DNA from: Dehalococcoidia bacterium
Lineage (GTDB): Bacteria; Chloroflexota; Dehalococcoidia; UBA6926
Length of the DNA: 64,000 nt
Assembly (NCBI GenBank): GCA_009841045.1
Contig: VXMO01000028.1
Coordinates: 2,916-66,915 of the forward strand
Direction of reading: 5' to 3'
Part shown: positions 40,771-50,194 of the stretch, in pieces
How the letters are laid out: each line of letters begins with the position of its first letter
Position numbering within the stretch: the first letter of the stretch is position 1
Notes under the pieces: model-generated
Database searches by the model: none
What the model was told of the DNA's origin: nothing
The model's input: the letters and a program-made list of their open reading frames with translations, nothing else
Position numbers and translations under genes: made by a program

Positions 40771-43212
40771 GCTCATCGGGTCCACATCCACCGTCCAGCC
40801 GGGGGGCAGCGCTACCGTTTCCAGAAGCTTCGTCGGATCGTCGGCAATGATCGTTATCTGCCAGCGATACCGCCCTCGTAGTCGTTCCCACGGAGCCGGC
40901 GCGGGGCCGATGACCCGCGTGTTCATCATGCCGCGCGAGCGAATCTCAGCACGCAGTAACCGCGTCAACTGTCCCGCCGCCTCCTGTACGTCACGCCGTG
41001 AAGTCCGCGCGCACGTCAGCCGAGCCATGCGACTGTACGGCGGATACCGAAGCTGCCTCCTGAACTGCGTTTCCTCGAGGTAGAACTGCCGATAATCCTG
41101 CGCCGCCGCGGCCTGTATCGCCTGGTTCTCCGGCTCATACGTCTGCACGATGACGCGGCCCGGCGCATGGCCTCTCCCCGCCCTGCCCGCCACCTGGCAG
41201 AGCAGTTGAAACACCCTCTCCGAAGCGCGGAAATCTGGCGCGTGCAGCCCGATATCCGCGTTCACCACACCCACAACCGTGACGCCAGGTAGATCCAGTC
41301 CTTTGGCAATCATCTGCGTTCCGACAAGGATGTCCGCGCGGCCATTCGCAAACTCCCCAAGGATCGGCTCATGTCCCCGCGCTTCGTTGACCGCGTCGCG
41401 GTCCCACCGAATGACATGCGCCCCCGGAAATGCCGCCATTGCCTCCTCGGCAACGCGTTCCGTGCCGATGCCTATAGCCCGAATCGTATTGCGACGGCAG
41501 TTTGGGCAGCGGGTGGGCGAGCGTCGCCTCTCCCCGCACAGATGGCACACAATGCGCTCATCGGCGTGGTACGTCATCACCGTCGTGCAGCGACGGCATC
41601 GCATCGTATGGCCGCACGCGCGGCACTGAACCGCCTGCCCCGCCCCGCGCCGGTTCACGAACAGGATCGCCTGCTCACCCCGCGCCAACGCATCGGTCAT
41701 CGCCTCACGGAGCGCTCTTGAAAATATGCTGCGGTTGCCCTCCATCAGCTCCTGCCGCAGATCGACAATCTCTACGTCCGCAAGGGGCCGCTCCGTCCAT
41801 CCCGTGCCGCCGCCGTTCTCAGCAGCCGTAATCCGCCCGGGGAGTTCCAGCAGGGTGATCTCAGTCCTGAGCGCCGCGTACATCGTGCTCACGTCCGGCG
41901 TCGCACTGCCAAGCATCACCACGGCCTTCTCGCGGCGGGCTCGCTCGATAGCCACGTCTCGGGCGTGGTAGCGGGGCGTGGGCGATTCCTGCTTGTACGT
42001 CCACTCCTGCTCTTCGTCCACGACAATCAGGCCAACGTCCGGCATGGGCGCGAGCGCGGCGCTCCGCGAGCCGATGACGATATCGAACTGCCCCTCCGCG
42101 ATGCTGCGCCACTCGTCATACCGCTCCCGCAGCGTCAGCCCGCTGTGGAGAACGGCAACACGACCGGGGAATCGTTCCCAGAACCGGCCGATTGTCTGCG
42201 GCGTCAGCGCAATCTCCGGCACCAGCATGATGCCCCGCCTGCCCTTCTCAATCACGTGCCGAAAGGCTTGCAGGTACACCTCCGTCTTGCCGCTCCCCGT
42301 CACGCCGTGAAGCAGATAAGTGTCGGACACGCCGTCATCAATGCTCGCCGTCACGTGATTCAGCGCGTCTTTCTGGTGGGGAGTGAGTTGGAGATTGGCC
42401 GCAGGAGGAGCAGAGTCCCGTGCAGCAAGCGGATCACGCCGCGTCTCGCGTTGCTCGAGGGTGATCACCCCGGCCTCAGCAAGCGCATCCCAGGACCCCC
42501 GCGCCGCTCCGGAAACACGGCGCAAGTCAGATAAACGTCCACCAAGGTTTGCGGCCAGCGCCTCCAACGCATCCGCCTGCCGAAACGCGCCGGAAGTCCG
42601 CAGTTCCCCTGCTTTGATTCTCAACTGGTCCACCGGGGCTGCCGCCTCAACAAAAGTCTCCATGCGAGGAGAGATGCGCGGCCCCTCCCACACGTCGGAC
42701 GTGTCGAGATAGCCCCTACCTGTCAGCGCCGTTACGTCGCGGGCGGCACGTGCGCCGAACTCGTCGCGGATGGCGGCGGTGGTCGTCTCGCCGGCGGCCT
42801 CAACAAAGGCCAGTATCTCCGCGCGTCGCGGCGAAACGCTCTCCATTGCGTCCCGTCCCGCCTCCGTTACACGAACGATAATCGTCTGCCGTCGCTCGAA
42901 CGCCGGCGGCAGCATGGGGCGGTACGCCGTATAGAGATCGGTCTGATAGTAGGCTGCTATCCACTCGCCCAGGCCAATGAGTGGCGCCGCGATAACCGGA
43001 TCATCGGCGACAAGCGACTCAATAGGCCGCGTTCGGGAATACCCCGGCTCGTCCGTGATTTCCAGAACGATGCCTTGAAACGTGTGGCGACCAAACGGGA
43101 CGATAACCCCATGCCCCGCCCGCACACGATCGGCAAGCTCGTCCGGTATGGAATAACTGTAGGAACGCCGACCGGCTCCGGGTGAGTTGACGGCGACCTG
43201 CGCGTACGGCAT
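40762..43212 (-). CDS. priA: primosomal protein N' (replication restart helicase PriA)
   Basis: Walker A GVTGSGKTEVY, DEEQE, and the Cys4/Cys4 zinc-binding region CRACGHTMRCRRC...CHLCG...CPNC. Confidence 0.9.
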   Translation of the reverse strand: MPYAQVAVNSPGAGRRSYSYSIPDELADRVRAGHGVIVPFGRHTFQGIVLEITDEPGYSRTRPIESLVADDPVIAAPLIGLGEWIAAYYQTDLYTAYRPMLPPAFERRQTIIVRVTEAGRDAMESVSPRRAEILAFVEAAGETTTAAIRDEFGARAARDVTALTGRGYLDTSDVWEGPRISPRMETFVEAAAPVDQLRIKAGELRTSGAFRQADALEALAANLGGRLSDLRRVSGAARGSWDALAEAGVITLEQRETRRDPLAARDSAPPAANLQLTPHQKDALNHVTASIDDGVSDTYLLHGVTGSGKTEVYLQAFRHVIEKGRRGIMLVPEIALTPQTIGRFWERFPGRVAVLHSGLTLRERYDEWRSIAEGQFDIVIGSRSAALAPMPDVGLIVVDEEQEWTYKQESPTPRYHARDVAIERARREKAVVMLGSATPDVSTMYAALRTEITLLELPGRITAAENGGGTGWTERPLADVEIVDLRQELMEGNRSIFSRALREAMTDALARGEQAILFVNRRGAGQAVQCRACGHTMRCRRCTTVMTYHADERIVCHLCGERRRSPTRCPNCRRNTIRAIGIGTERVAEEAMAAFPGAHVIRWDRDAVNEARGHEPILGEFANGRADILVGTQMIAKGLDLPGVTVVGVVNADIGLHAPDFRASERVFQLLCQVAGRAGRGHAPGRVIVQTYEPENQAIQAAAAQDYRQFYLEETQFRRQLRYPPYSRMARLTCARTSRRDVQEAAGQLTRLLRAEIRSRGMMNTRVIGPAPAPWERLRGRYRWQITIIADDPTKLLETVALPPGWTVDVDPMSGG

Positions 43213-43282
43213 GGCCTAACCTTACGCGGTTTGGGCTAACAAGGACGACCGGGGGTGGATTCAGGCCGCTGCGATGAGGAAG

Positions 43283-43951
43283 TTAGGACTTCTCTTCTTC
43301 AGCTTCAGCCGACTCTTCATCCGCTGATTCATCGCCATCGGATTCGGCCTCTGCATCAGCAGGCTCCTCGGGCTCCGTATCCTCAGACGCTTCAGGAGCC
43401 TCTTCAGCTTCCGCCGCGGCCTCCGTCTCAGACGCCTCGGGAGTCTCTTCGGTTGCCTCTACAGCTTCGGCTTCTTCCGCCTCCGCTACAACGTCCTCGG
43501 CCTCGACGACATCATCCTCAATCTCTTCTTCCTCGATGACGTCATCCTCGGCCACAGCAACAGGAGCGTCGGCCTCAACGACTGCGCCGTCCTCGATGAT
43601 GCGGCGGGCGCGCGTGCCGGTCTTGATGCGGGCGCGGCGGCCGGTGCGGCCACGCTGGTAGTACAGGCGGGCGCGGCGAACCTTGCCCTGTCGAACAACG
43701 TCGATGCGCTCAAGGCGCGGCGAGTTCAGCAGGAACGTGCGCTCAACGCCAACACCCTGGATCACGCGGCGGATGGTGATGTTTGCATTCGGGCCGCTGC
43801 GGGTCATCCACATGACCACGCCCTGCAGCTGCTGCGTGCGAACGCGCTCACCCTCAACAACCCGATAGTACACGCGGACGGTATCACCCGGGCGGACGTG
43901 CTGATAACGGTGCTGCCTGGGAATTGAGGTCAGCAGATGCCCGACGTCCAT
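43283..43951 (-). CDS. rplS: 50S ribosomal protein L19 with a roughly 105-aa acidic C-terminal extension
   Basis: L19 core ends about ...RARLYYQRGRTGRRARIKT. It is followed by EDGAVVEADAPVAVAEDDVIEEEEIEDDVVEAEDVV...EEEKS (Ala/Glu/Asp-rich). Confidence 0.85.
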   Translation of the reverse strand: MDVGHLLTSIPRQHRYQHVRPGDTVRVYYRVVEGERVRTQQLQGVVMWMTRSGPNANITIRRVIQGVGVERTFLLNSPRLERIDVVRQGKVRRARLYYQRGRTGRRARIKTGTRARRIIEDGAVVEADAPVAVAEDDVIEEEEIEDDVVEAEDVVAEAEEAEAVEATEETPEASETEAAAEAEEAPEASEDTEPEEPADAEAESDGDESADEESAEAEEEKS

Positions 43952-44102
43952 GATTCAAGCGCCTTTCCTGCGTGTTTCCGCGCGCGGAAACATATGACAG
44001 ATGTGTAGTTGCTCCTATAGTTTGGGGCGTCGCCCGCATCCCGCGTTGGCGACAGCAGTAGTGAGTATACGGCTTTGCGCCGCCCAATAGCAAAAATCCT
44101 CT

Positions 44103-44197
44103 GTCATTCTGAGCGCAGCGAAGAATCTAAAGCCTCAACTGTGCAGCCTTAGACCTCTTTGGATTCTTCTCTCCGCTGTCGCTCCGTTCAGAATGAC
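44103..44197. repeat. imperfect inverted repeat built from a family C element (forward 44103-44127, diverged inverted copy 44162-44197)
   Basis: GTCATTCTGAGCGCAGCGAAGAATC versus GATTCTTCTCTCCGCTGTCGCTCCGTTCAGAATGAC. It lies in the 257-bp trmD-rplS intergenic gap. Confidence 0.5.
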
Positions 44198-44208
44198 ATG
44201 GTGGGAAG

Positions 44209-44955
44209 TCAGCTTTGCCACCCCAGCTCCCGCAAGAACTCGCGCTCCCATTCCAGCAAGTCCACGGAATTGAGCAGGTCCGGCCTTCGCTGTAGAGTCC
44301 GCAGCAGCGACTGCTCCCTGCGCCATCTATCCACGCGAGCGTGGTCGCCGGACAACAGAATCTCCGGAACCGCCTCATCCTCCCACACCGCGGGGCGAGT
44401 GTACTGCGGATGCTGCAGCAGGCCGGACGCGAATGAGTCGGCCTTGCCGGAGTCTTCGCCGCCAAGTACGCCCGGCACTCGACGCGCGATGGCCTCGATA
44501 AAGACCATCGCGGGTAATTCCCCGCCCGTCAGCACATAGTCGCCAATAGATACCTCATGCGTGACGAGCCGTTGGCGGACGCGCTCGTCGATTCCTTCAT
44601 ACCGCCCCGCAATGATAATCATCTCATCCAGACCGGCGAATCGGTCCACCACCTGCTGAGTCAGACGCTCGCCCTGCGGGTCCATCAGGACAACCGGAAC
44701 ATCGCTCCGCCCGCCCCCTGCCGTCCCATGACGGGCTTCCTCGATTGAGGCCGCAAGCGGGCCTGCCTTGAGCACCATGCCCGGGCCGCCGCCGAATGCC
44801 GTGTCATCAACAACCTTGTGCGGCCCCTCACCGTGATCACGAAGATTGTGCAGGTACAACTCAACAACGCCGCTGTCCAGCGCTCGACCGATGATGCTCT
44901 CCCCCAGGGGGCCGGGAAAGAGATCGGGGAACAGGGTGATGACGTGAATCTTCAC
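44209..44955 (-). CDS. trmD: tRNA (guanine37-N1)-methyltransferase
   Basis: MKIHVITLFPDLF N-terminus and the SPOUT-knot motifs. rplS is downstream as usual. Confidence 0.9.
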   Translation of the reverse strand: MKIHVITLFPDLFPGPLGESIIGRALDSGVVELYLHNLRDHGEGPHKVVDDTAFGGGPGMVLKAGPLAASIEEARHGTAGGGRSDVPVVLMDPQGERLTQQVVDRFAGLDEMIIIAGRYEGIDERVRQRLVTHEVSIGDYVLTGGELPAMVFIEAIARRVPGVLGGEDSGKADSFASGLLQHPQYTRPAVWEDEAVPEILLSGDHARVDRWRREQSLLRTLQRRPDLLNSVDLLEWEREFLRELGWQS

Positions 44956-44963
44956 CGGAACGG

Positions 44964-45470
44964 TTAAGTCTGCTGCGTCGGATGCTCGTCCGTGCGCGGC
45001 TGGGTCAGCACCTCAAGAACGTGGGGCAGGACGGGCATGAGGATATCCAGGCACTCCTGCACGGCCTTTGGACTGCCGGGGAGATTGACGATCAGAGTCT
45101 GGCCGCGAATGCCCACGACCTGTCGGGATGTCATCGCCATCGGCGTCTTGTCGAAGGTCTGCGCGCGCATCTGTTCCGCCATTCCCGGCACCAGACGATC
45201 CACCACGTCCAGCGTCGCCTCCGGGGTCACGTCCCTTGGCCCGACGCCCGTTCCGCCAGTGGTCACAATGAGCGCAACGTCGCCATCATCCGCCCAGGAG
45301 CGCAGTTGCGCTGCAATAACGGCCCGATCATCCGGCGTGATGACTTTTTCGGATGCGATCCAGCCCTCTGCGGCAACAAGCTCTTCTATCAATTTACCGC
45401 TTCGGTCTGCCCGGTCTCCGGCAGCCCCCGAATCGCTCGCAACAAGGACGGCAACACGAATATCAGTCAT
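44964..45470 (-). CDS. mogA: molybdenum cofactor biosynthesis protein MogA/MoaB family
   Basis: GGTG motif (IVTTGGTGVGPRD), 168 aa. Confidence 0.8.
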   Translation of the reverse strand: MTDIRVAVLVASDSGAAGDRADRSGKLIEELVAAEGWIASEKVITPDDRAVIAAQLRSWADDGDVALIVTTGGTGVGPRDVTPEATLDVVDRLVPGMAEQMRAQTFDKTPMAMTSRQVVGIRGQTLIVNLPGSPKAVQECLDILMPVLPHVLEVLTQPRTDEHPTQQT

Positions 45471-45544
45471 ATCAGCAGTCTAGCGCGACTCCGGTGCGTC
45501 TTGCATCGGGTGTATGGAGCAGCCAATGTCTCACGCCTCCGGGA

Positions 45545-46390
45545 TCAGAGCATCCGGGAGTTGGTGTCATCAATGGTTGGATAGGCCAGATCAAGGGCGG
45601 CGCCAAGGGCTATCTTGAACTTGTCCCTATCTGAATTCGTCCACGTTTCCCCGTGCCTGGGCAGGACCTCAAGCAACCCGAGAATGGTCGGATGAATCCC
45701 ATCCTGGTGAATAACGCTGTTTTCGTTTACCGGTAGGGAATTTTCGGAAACGATTTCATTTTTCGGTTGCTCTGCCTCATTTTCGGCTCGTCCATCAGAT
45801 TCTTTTCGGTTGGTGGCAGTTTTTCGCCGTGTCCTTGTCCCTTGAACGCGCGAAAAAAGACTCTGATGAAGTTCGATTCCGGCATCCCTGGCAAAGGAAA
45901 CGAAAAAGCTGATGGCCTTGTCCGCAGTCGAACTCCCGGATCCGGCGGCTCTGAACGCCTGTTGTATCTGCTGGCGCGTCGCCCGGGGCAGGTCGATGCC
46001 CTCAAGCAGCGGCCCGTAGTTCTCATCAAACAGGGCTGCAAGGAGCTGCCGCTTCGCCTCCTCGCTCGATGATCTGGCAAGCGTTTCAAGTCGCCTATCA
46101 TCCGTTTTCCCCTGTGGGTCCGTCAGACCCAGAAAAAGGAGAGCGCCCTGGATGGCAGAACGCGTTGAACCTGAGAACGGCGTATTTCGCCAAACGCTGC
46201 TGTCCAGCCGGTCCGGCAATGGATCGAGGTCGGTCTTCACGAAAGCAAGAAATGTCTCCCAGCTCCTGTAAGAGCCGTAGGGAGGCGCAACTCCGCGCGA
46301 TCTTGCGTTTGTTGTCACGTGTCCACTTCCCGAAATGAATTTTTCGCTGACACAATCATCCACCAGTTTTTCGCCCACTGTCAACATCAT
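45545..46390 (-). CDS. hypothetical protein in a low-GC segment
   Basis: The start is trimmed to the ATGATG at 46390/46387, because the ORF-track start would overlap rsmH. The region 45650-46450 is markedly AT-richer, with repeated TTTTCG. No identifiable domain. Confidence 0.4.
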   Translation of the reverse strand: MMLTVGEKLVDDCVSEKFISGSGHVTTNARSRGVAPPYGSYRSWETFLAFVKTDLDPLPDRLDSSVWRNTPFSGSTRSAIQGALLFLGLTDPQGKTDDRRLETLARSSSEEAKRQLLAALFDENYGPLLEGIDLPRATRQQIQQAFRAAGSGSSTADKAISFFVSFARDAGIELHQSLFSRVQGTRTRRKTATNRKESDGRAENEAEQPKNEIVSENSLPVNENSVIHQDGIHPTILGLLEVLPRHGETWTNSDRDKFKIALGAALDLAYPTIDDTNSRML

Positions 46391-46561
46391 GATTTCGTCC
46401 ACGTTTCGTGACGTTTTTCGTTGAGTGGACACAGTGTGACAAATTCTTGAGGATGGCGGCATTTCGGTGTCAGGATTGTTCGTGCGACGGGGAAAAGGGA
46501 CGCGCGGGAATACCCACCCAGCGCCCCTGGACACAGAAGGATCGGGAGCAAGGAGGGAGTC

Positions 46562-47503
46562 ATGGTGGCGAATTCGCATATCTACCATGTCCCTGCCCTA
46601 TTGGACGAGGTCATCGAAACGCTTCAGCCGTATGCCGGTGGGAAGTACATCGACTGCACGCTCGGAGAGGGATCCGTCACTGAGGCGCTTCTCTCCGCAG
46701 GCGCGCAGGTACTGGGCATGGATGCTGACCCGGAGATGCTTTCGTCAGCGGCGCGCCGTTTGGGGGACCTGCCGAATGCGCAATACACGCTGGTACAGGC
46801 GAACTTCGCGTCCCTTAAAGAGGTGGCAGTCGCACACGGCTTTACGCAGGCGCAGGGAATTATCTTGGACGTTGGCCTGTCTTCTCGGCAGTTGCAGGCC
46901 ATTAGTCGCGGCTTCACATTCCAGGAAGATCAGCCACTGGACATGCGGTATGACCCTCGGCAAGACGTCACCGCCGCAGACCTGGTGAATGATCTCCCGG
47001 AGCAGGAGCTTATCGACCTCCTCAGGACGTACGGCGAGGAGGACACGTGGTCGGCCCTGTCCATCGCGAGGACAGTAATGGGGAGGCGGCCACTGAACAC
47101 GACACGCGAACTCGTTGAGTGCATCGAGCTCGCAATCGGGCAGCGCAGCGCGGCGCGAATACACCCGGCCACCAAGACCTTCATGGCGCTTCGGATGGTC
47201 GTCAACGCAGATCTCCAGGCCCTGGAGTCGGCCCTCCCGCAGGCACTGGAGCTGTTGGCCCCTGGTGGCAAATTGGCCGTCATCGGGTACCAGAGTTTGG
47301 AGGATCGCATTATCAAGCGGTTCCTCCACCAGGAGGCAAAGGACTGCCTCTGCCCTCCTGCCCAACCGGTCTGCACGTGTGATCACACGGCGACGGTCAA
47401 GCTGGCACGGCGGCAGGGAATCACCCCATCCATCGCTGAGATTGCGCGCAACCCCGCAAGCCGTTCGGCCCGGCTGCGGACCGCGGAGCGCGTCGCGGCG
47501 TAA
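46562..47503 (+). CDS. rsmH: 16S rRNA (cytosine1402-N4)-methyltransferase
   Basis: HIPVLLDEV...DCTLGEG SAM motif. ATG follows GGAGGGAG. Confidence 0.9.
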   Translation: MVANSHIYHVPALLDEVIETLQPYAGGKYIDCTLGEGSVTEALLSAGAQVLGMDADPEMLSSAARRLGDLPNAQYTLVQANFASLKEVAVAHGFTQAQGIILDVGLSSRQLQAISRGFTFQEDQPLDMRYDPRQDVTAADLVNDLPEQELIDLLRTYGEEDTWSALSIARTVMGRRPLNTTRELVECIELAIGQRSAARIHPATKTFMALRMVVNADLQALESALPQALELLAPGGKLAVIGYQSLEDRIIKRFLHQEAKDCLCPPAQPVCTCDHTATVKLARRQGITPSIAEIARNPASRSARLRTAERVAA

Positions 47504-47609
47504 AAGGGGATCAGACAGTTAGGCAGCACAGCGCGGGGAAAGCATAGGTACAAGAGGACTGCAGGCAGCGCAGCGCGGGAAGCAGTGAGAACGTGGGGAG
47601 TGGCGAGAG

Positions 47610-48959
47610 ATGGATCGGATAGTAGCCGGCGTCGAACTCGGTGAAAGGAAACTTCGGGTCGCCGTCGCGCGGCATCGCCCGGAGTCTACCCGGCTGCTCA
47701 CGGGCATCGAGGCGCCCTCTGCGGGCATTGAAGACCAGAGAGTCGTCGATGCGCGAGACTTGGCGAATGCCCTGTCCGACATCTCCCGGAAACTGCGGAC
47801 ATCCGTTGACTTCCCTCTTGAGAACGTCGTATTTGTCGTTCCCACTGGCCAGATCCAGTTCCACGAGACGGAAGCAAGCATGCGGCCGTCCGGCTCCCGA
47901 GGAACGGTGGCAGAGGCGGACCGTGAGCGGCTGTCCAATAAGAGTCGCCCCGCCTTTCCGTCCAATGACCGCCACTTGATCCACGTTATCCCGCAGGGGT
48001 ACTTGCTTGACGGCAAGGAGACGGAGCGCCTGCCGGTTGGCAAGACAGGACAGGACCTTCGGGTTCTCTCAATGTCCGTCTCATGTGAGGCTGACACGGC
48101 GGCAAACATCCGTGAGGCCGCCCAGATCATCGGAAGCGAAGGGGTTGCCCTGATGGCAGGGCCGGTGGCGGAAAGTCACGCCGCGCTAACAGACACGGAG
48201 CGCGAAAGCGGCGCCGCCGTTCTTTCCATTGGCGAGCGCATCAGCACTGTCACCGTCATGCATTACGGCCAGTATCTTGGTTCGGCGAAGATTGGGATTG
48301 GCGCTCGGCATTTCACCAGCGACCTCTCTATCGCTCTTGATCTCCCCTACCCCACCGCCGAGGCAGTGATGGATCAGGTGGCAACTTTCTCTGACACCGT
48401 CGGGCCGCGACGCACCGCAATAACGGTCGCCGATGAGGGCATCGACATTGACCGGGTGGAGATGGTGGCAACGCTCCGTGACCGAGCCGAAGAGCTCTTT
48501 TCTTTGACTGAGACCGCCATCGAGAGCATCGCCGGAGATCGGGAGTTGCCGGGCGGTCTGGCCATCGCCGGTCAGCCTATCCTGCGTGACGGGCTCTCTC
48601 AACTCGGACGCACGGTGATCTCCATGCCCATTCACTGGGCAGCGCCGCGCGGCATTGAGGGCATCCCCCATGCCGTATCCGGCAACGCGTCATGGGTGCC
48701 GGCCATTGGAGCCCTCGTCTGGGCAGGAACCATCAAGGACCCCTTGGCGCATCCCGCGTTCCATTCGGAGCCGAGCAGCAGGTCCGGCGGCATCCTCTCT
48801 CGCCTGTTCGGCGGGCGCAACGGAACGAAGTCCTCTTCAACCGAGACATCTGTGACAGCGAATAACAACGACTCAGAGCGCGCCGCGCGCAGACAGAATG
48901 CGTCGGTCGCTCGGAGTACCGGCAAGCAGGAAAGACGCCGGGAAACAGCGCGGGTTTAG
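47610..48959 (+). CDS. ftsA: cell division protein FtsA
   Basis: Actin-like ATPase fold with FtsA-type blocks. It lies directly upstream of ftsZ. Confidence 0.8.
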   Translation: MDRIVAGVELGERKLRVAVARHRPESTRLLTGIEAPSAGIEDQRVVDARDLANALSDISRKLRTSVDFPLENVVFVVPTGQIQFHETEASMRPSGSRGTVAEADRERLSNKSRPAFPSNDRHLIHVIPQGYLLDGKETERLPVGKTGQDLRVLSMSVSCEADTAANIREAAQIIGSEGVALMAGPVAESHAALTDTERESGAAVLSIGERISTVTVMHYGQYLGSAKIGIGARHFTSDLSIALDLPYPTAEAVMDQVATFSDTVGPRRTAITVADEGIDIDRVEMVATLRDRAEELFSLTETAIESIAGDRELPGGLAIAGQPILRDGLSQLGRTVISMPIHWAAPRGIEGIPHAVSGNASWVPAIGALVWAGTIKDPLAHPAFHSEPSSRSGGILSRLFGGRNGTKSSSTETSVTANNNDSERAARRQNASVARSTGKQERRRETARV

Positions 48960-48991
48960 AGAGCAGACGGCAGAAAGGGAGGAATACAGAT

Positions 48992-50059
48992 ATGTCACTG
49001 CCTGAAGATGTAGATGGGTTGGTTCGCATCAAGGCGTTCGGCATCGGCGGCGGCGGCGGAAACGCGGTCTCCAGGATGGCTCGTGAGGCCGTCCCGGGCA
49101 TCGAGTACATCGCCGTGAACACGGACGCGCAAGCCCTTGCGCGCTCGGACGCCCCGTATCGCCTTCGCATTGGCGACCAGATCACCCGCGGCCTCGGCGC
49201 GGGCGGCAACCCTGAGATTGGCCGACAGGCCGCAGAGGAAAGCCGCGACGATATCTATGAAGCCGTCAAGAACTCTGACATGGTCTTCGTTGCAAGCGGC
49301 ATGGGTGGCGGCACCGGCACCGGCGCAGCCCCTGTTATCGCCCAGGTTGCCCGGGAAACCGGTGCGCTCACCATCGGAATCGTCACGCGACCTTTCGCCT
49401 TTGAGGGAACCCACAGGGCCCGGCAGGCGGAAGAGGGTATCGCTGCCCTGCACAGCTGCGTTGACAGCCTCATCATCGTTCCGAACGAGCGGCTCCTCGC
49501 CGTTGCGGGAACGGAAGCCTCCTGGCACGACGCGTTCCGCATGGCGGACGATGTTCTCGGACAGGGCGTCCACGCCATCTCCGAGCTTGTCACCGTCCCC
49601 GGTGAGATAAACCTCGACTTCGCGGATGTCCGAACCGTCATGTCCATGTCCGGTCAGGCCCTCATGGCCATCGGCAATGGGCGCGGCAGCACACGGGCGA
49701 CGGACGCGGCAAAGGCCGCAATTCAGAATCCCCTGCTTGAGATTGACATTACGGGCGCAACCGGCGTCCTCTATAACATCACCGCCGGTTCCGACCTCTC
49801 CCTGGCGGAGATTCATGCAGCCTCGGAGATTATCTCCTCGGCCGTTGATCCCAACGCCAACATCATCTTCGGCGTCGTCTCCAACCGCGCCAGCGATGGT
49901 GAGGTCCAGCTGACCCTCATCGCCACGGGCTTTGAGACCGCGCAAGACACCTTCGAAGATGACGAAGTGGTCGATCAGATCCTGCGCGACGCGCTCGGTG
50001 ACGGAGACCTGGATCTCCCGCCGTTCCTGCGCCGCAAGTCCAGGAGGGTTGCTCGCTAA
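48992..50059 (+). CDS. ftsZ: cell division protein FtsZ
   Basis: GIGGGGGNAV tubulin signature. RRKSRRV C-terminal peptide. Confidence 0.95.
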   Translation: MSLPEDVDGLVRIKAFGIGGGGGNAVSRMAREAVPGIEYIAVNTDAQALARSDAPYRLRIGDQITRGLGAGGNPEIGRQAAEESRDDIYEAVKNSDMVFVASGMGGGTGTGAAPVIAQVARETGALTIGIVTRPFAFEGTHRARQAEEGIAALHSCVDSLIIVPNERLLAVAGTEASWHDAFRMADDVLGQGVHAISELVTVPGEINLDFADVRTVMSMSGQALMAIGNGRGSTRATDAAKAAIQNPLLEIDITGATGVLYNITAGSDLSLAEIHAASEIISSAVDPNANIIFGVVSNRASDGEVQLTLIATGFETAQDTFEDDEVVDQILRDALGDGDLDLPPFLRRKSRRVAR

Positions 50060-50118
50060 GCCCCTTCAGGGCCCAAAAACGAACTTACAGCACCCAGTCT
50101 TCCCCTACCCCCAGGGAA

Positions 50119-50170
50119 GCGCAGGCCACCCGAACTATCGGAGCTTCGGCCTGCGTTTTCCTTTTTGTTT
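50119..50170 (+). terminator. intrinsic terminator after ftsZ
   Basis: GCGCAGGCC...GGCCTGCG stem followed by TTTTCCTTTTTGTTT. Confidence 0.55.
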
Positions 50171-50194
50171 GGATGCTCTATCCGGCCGGAACTT

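Noticed and set aside
45700-45800. Possible CRISPR-like or tandem repeat (TTTTCG recurring about every 20 nt)
   Set aside because: Spacing and repeat units are irregular and very short. The tract is inside a coding frame encoding an Asn/Glu/Lys-rich low-complexity stretch, so it is not a CRISPR array.
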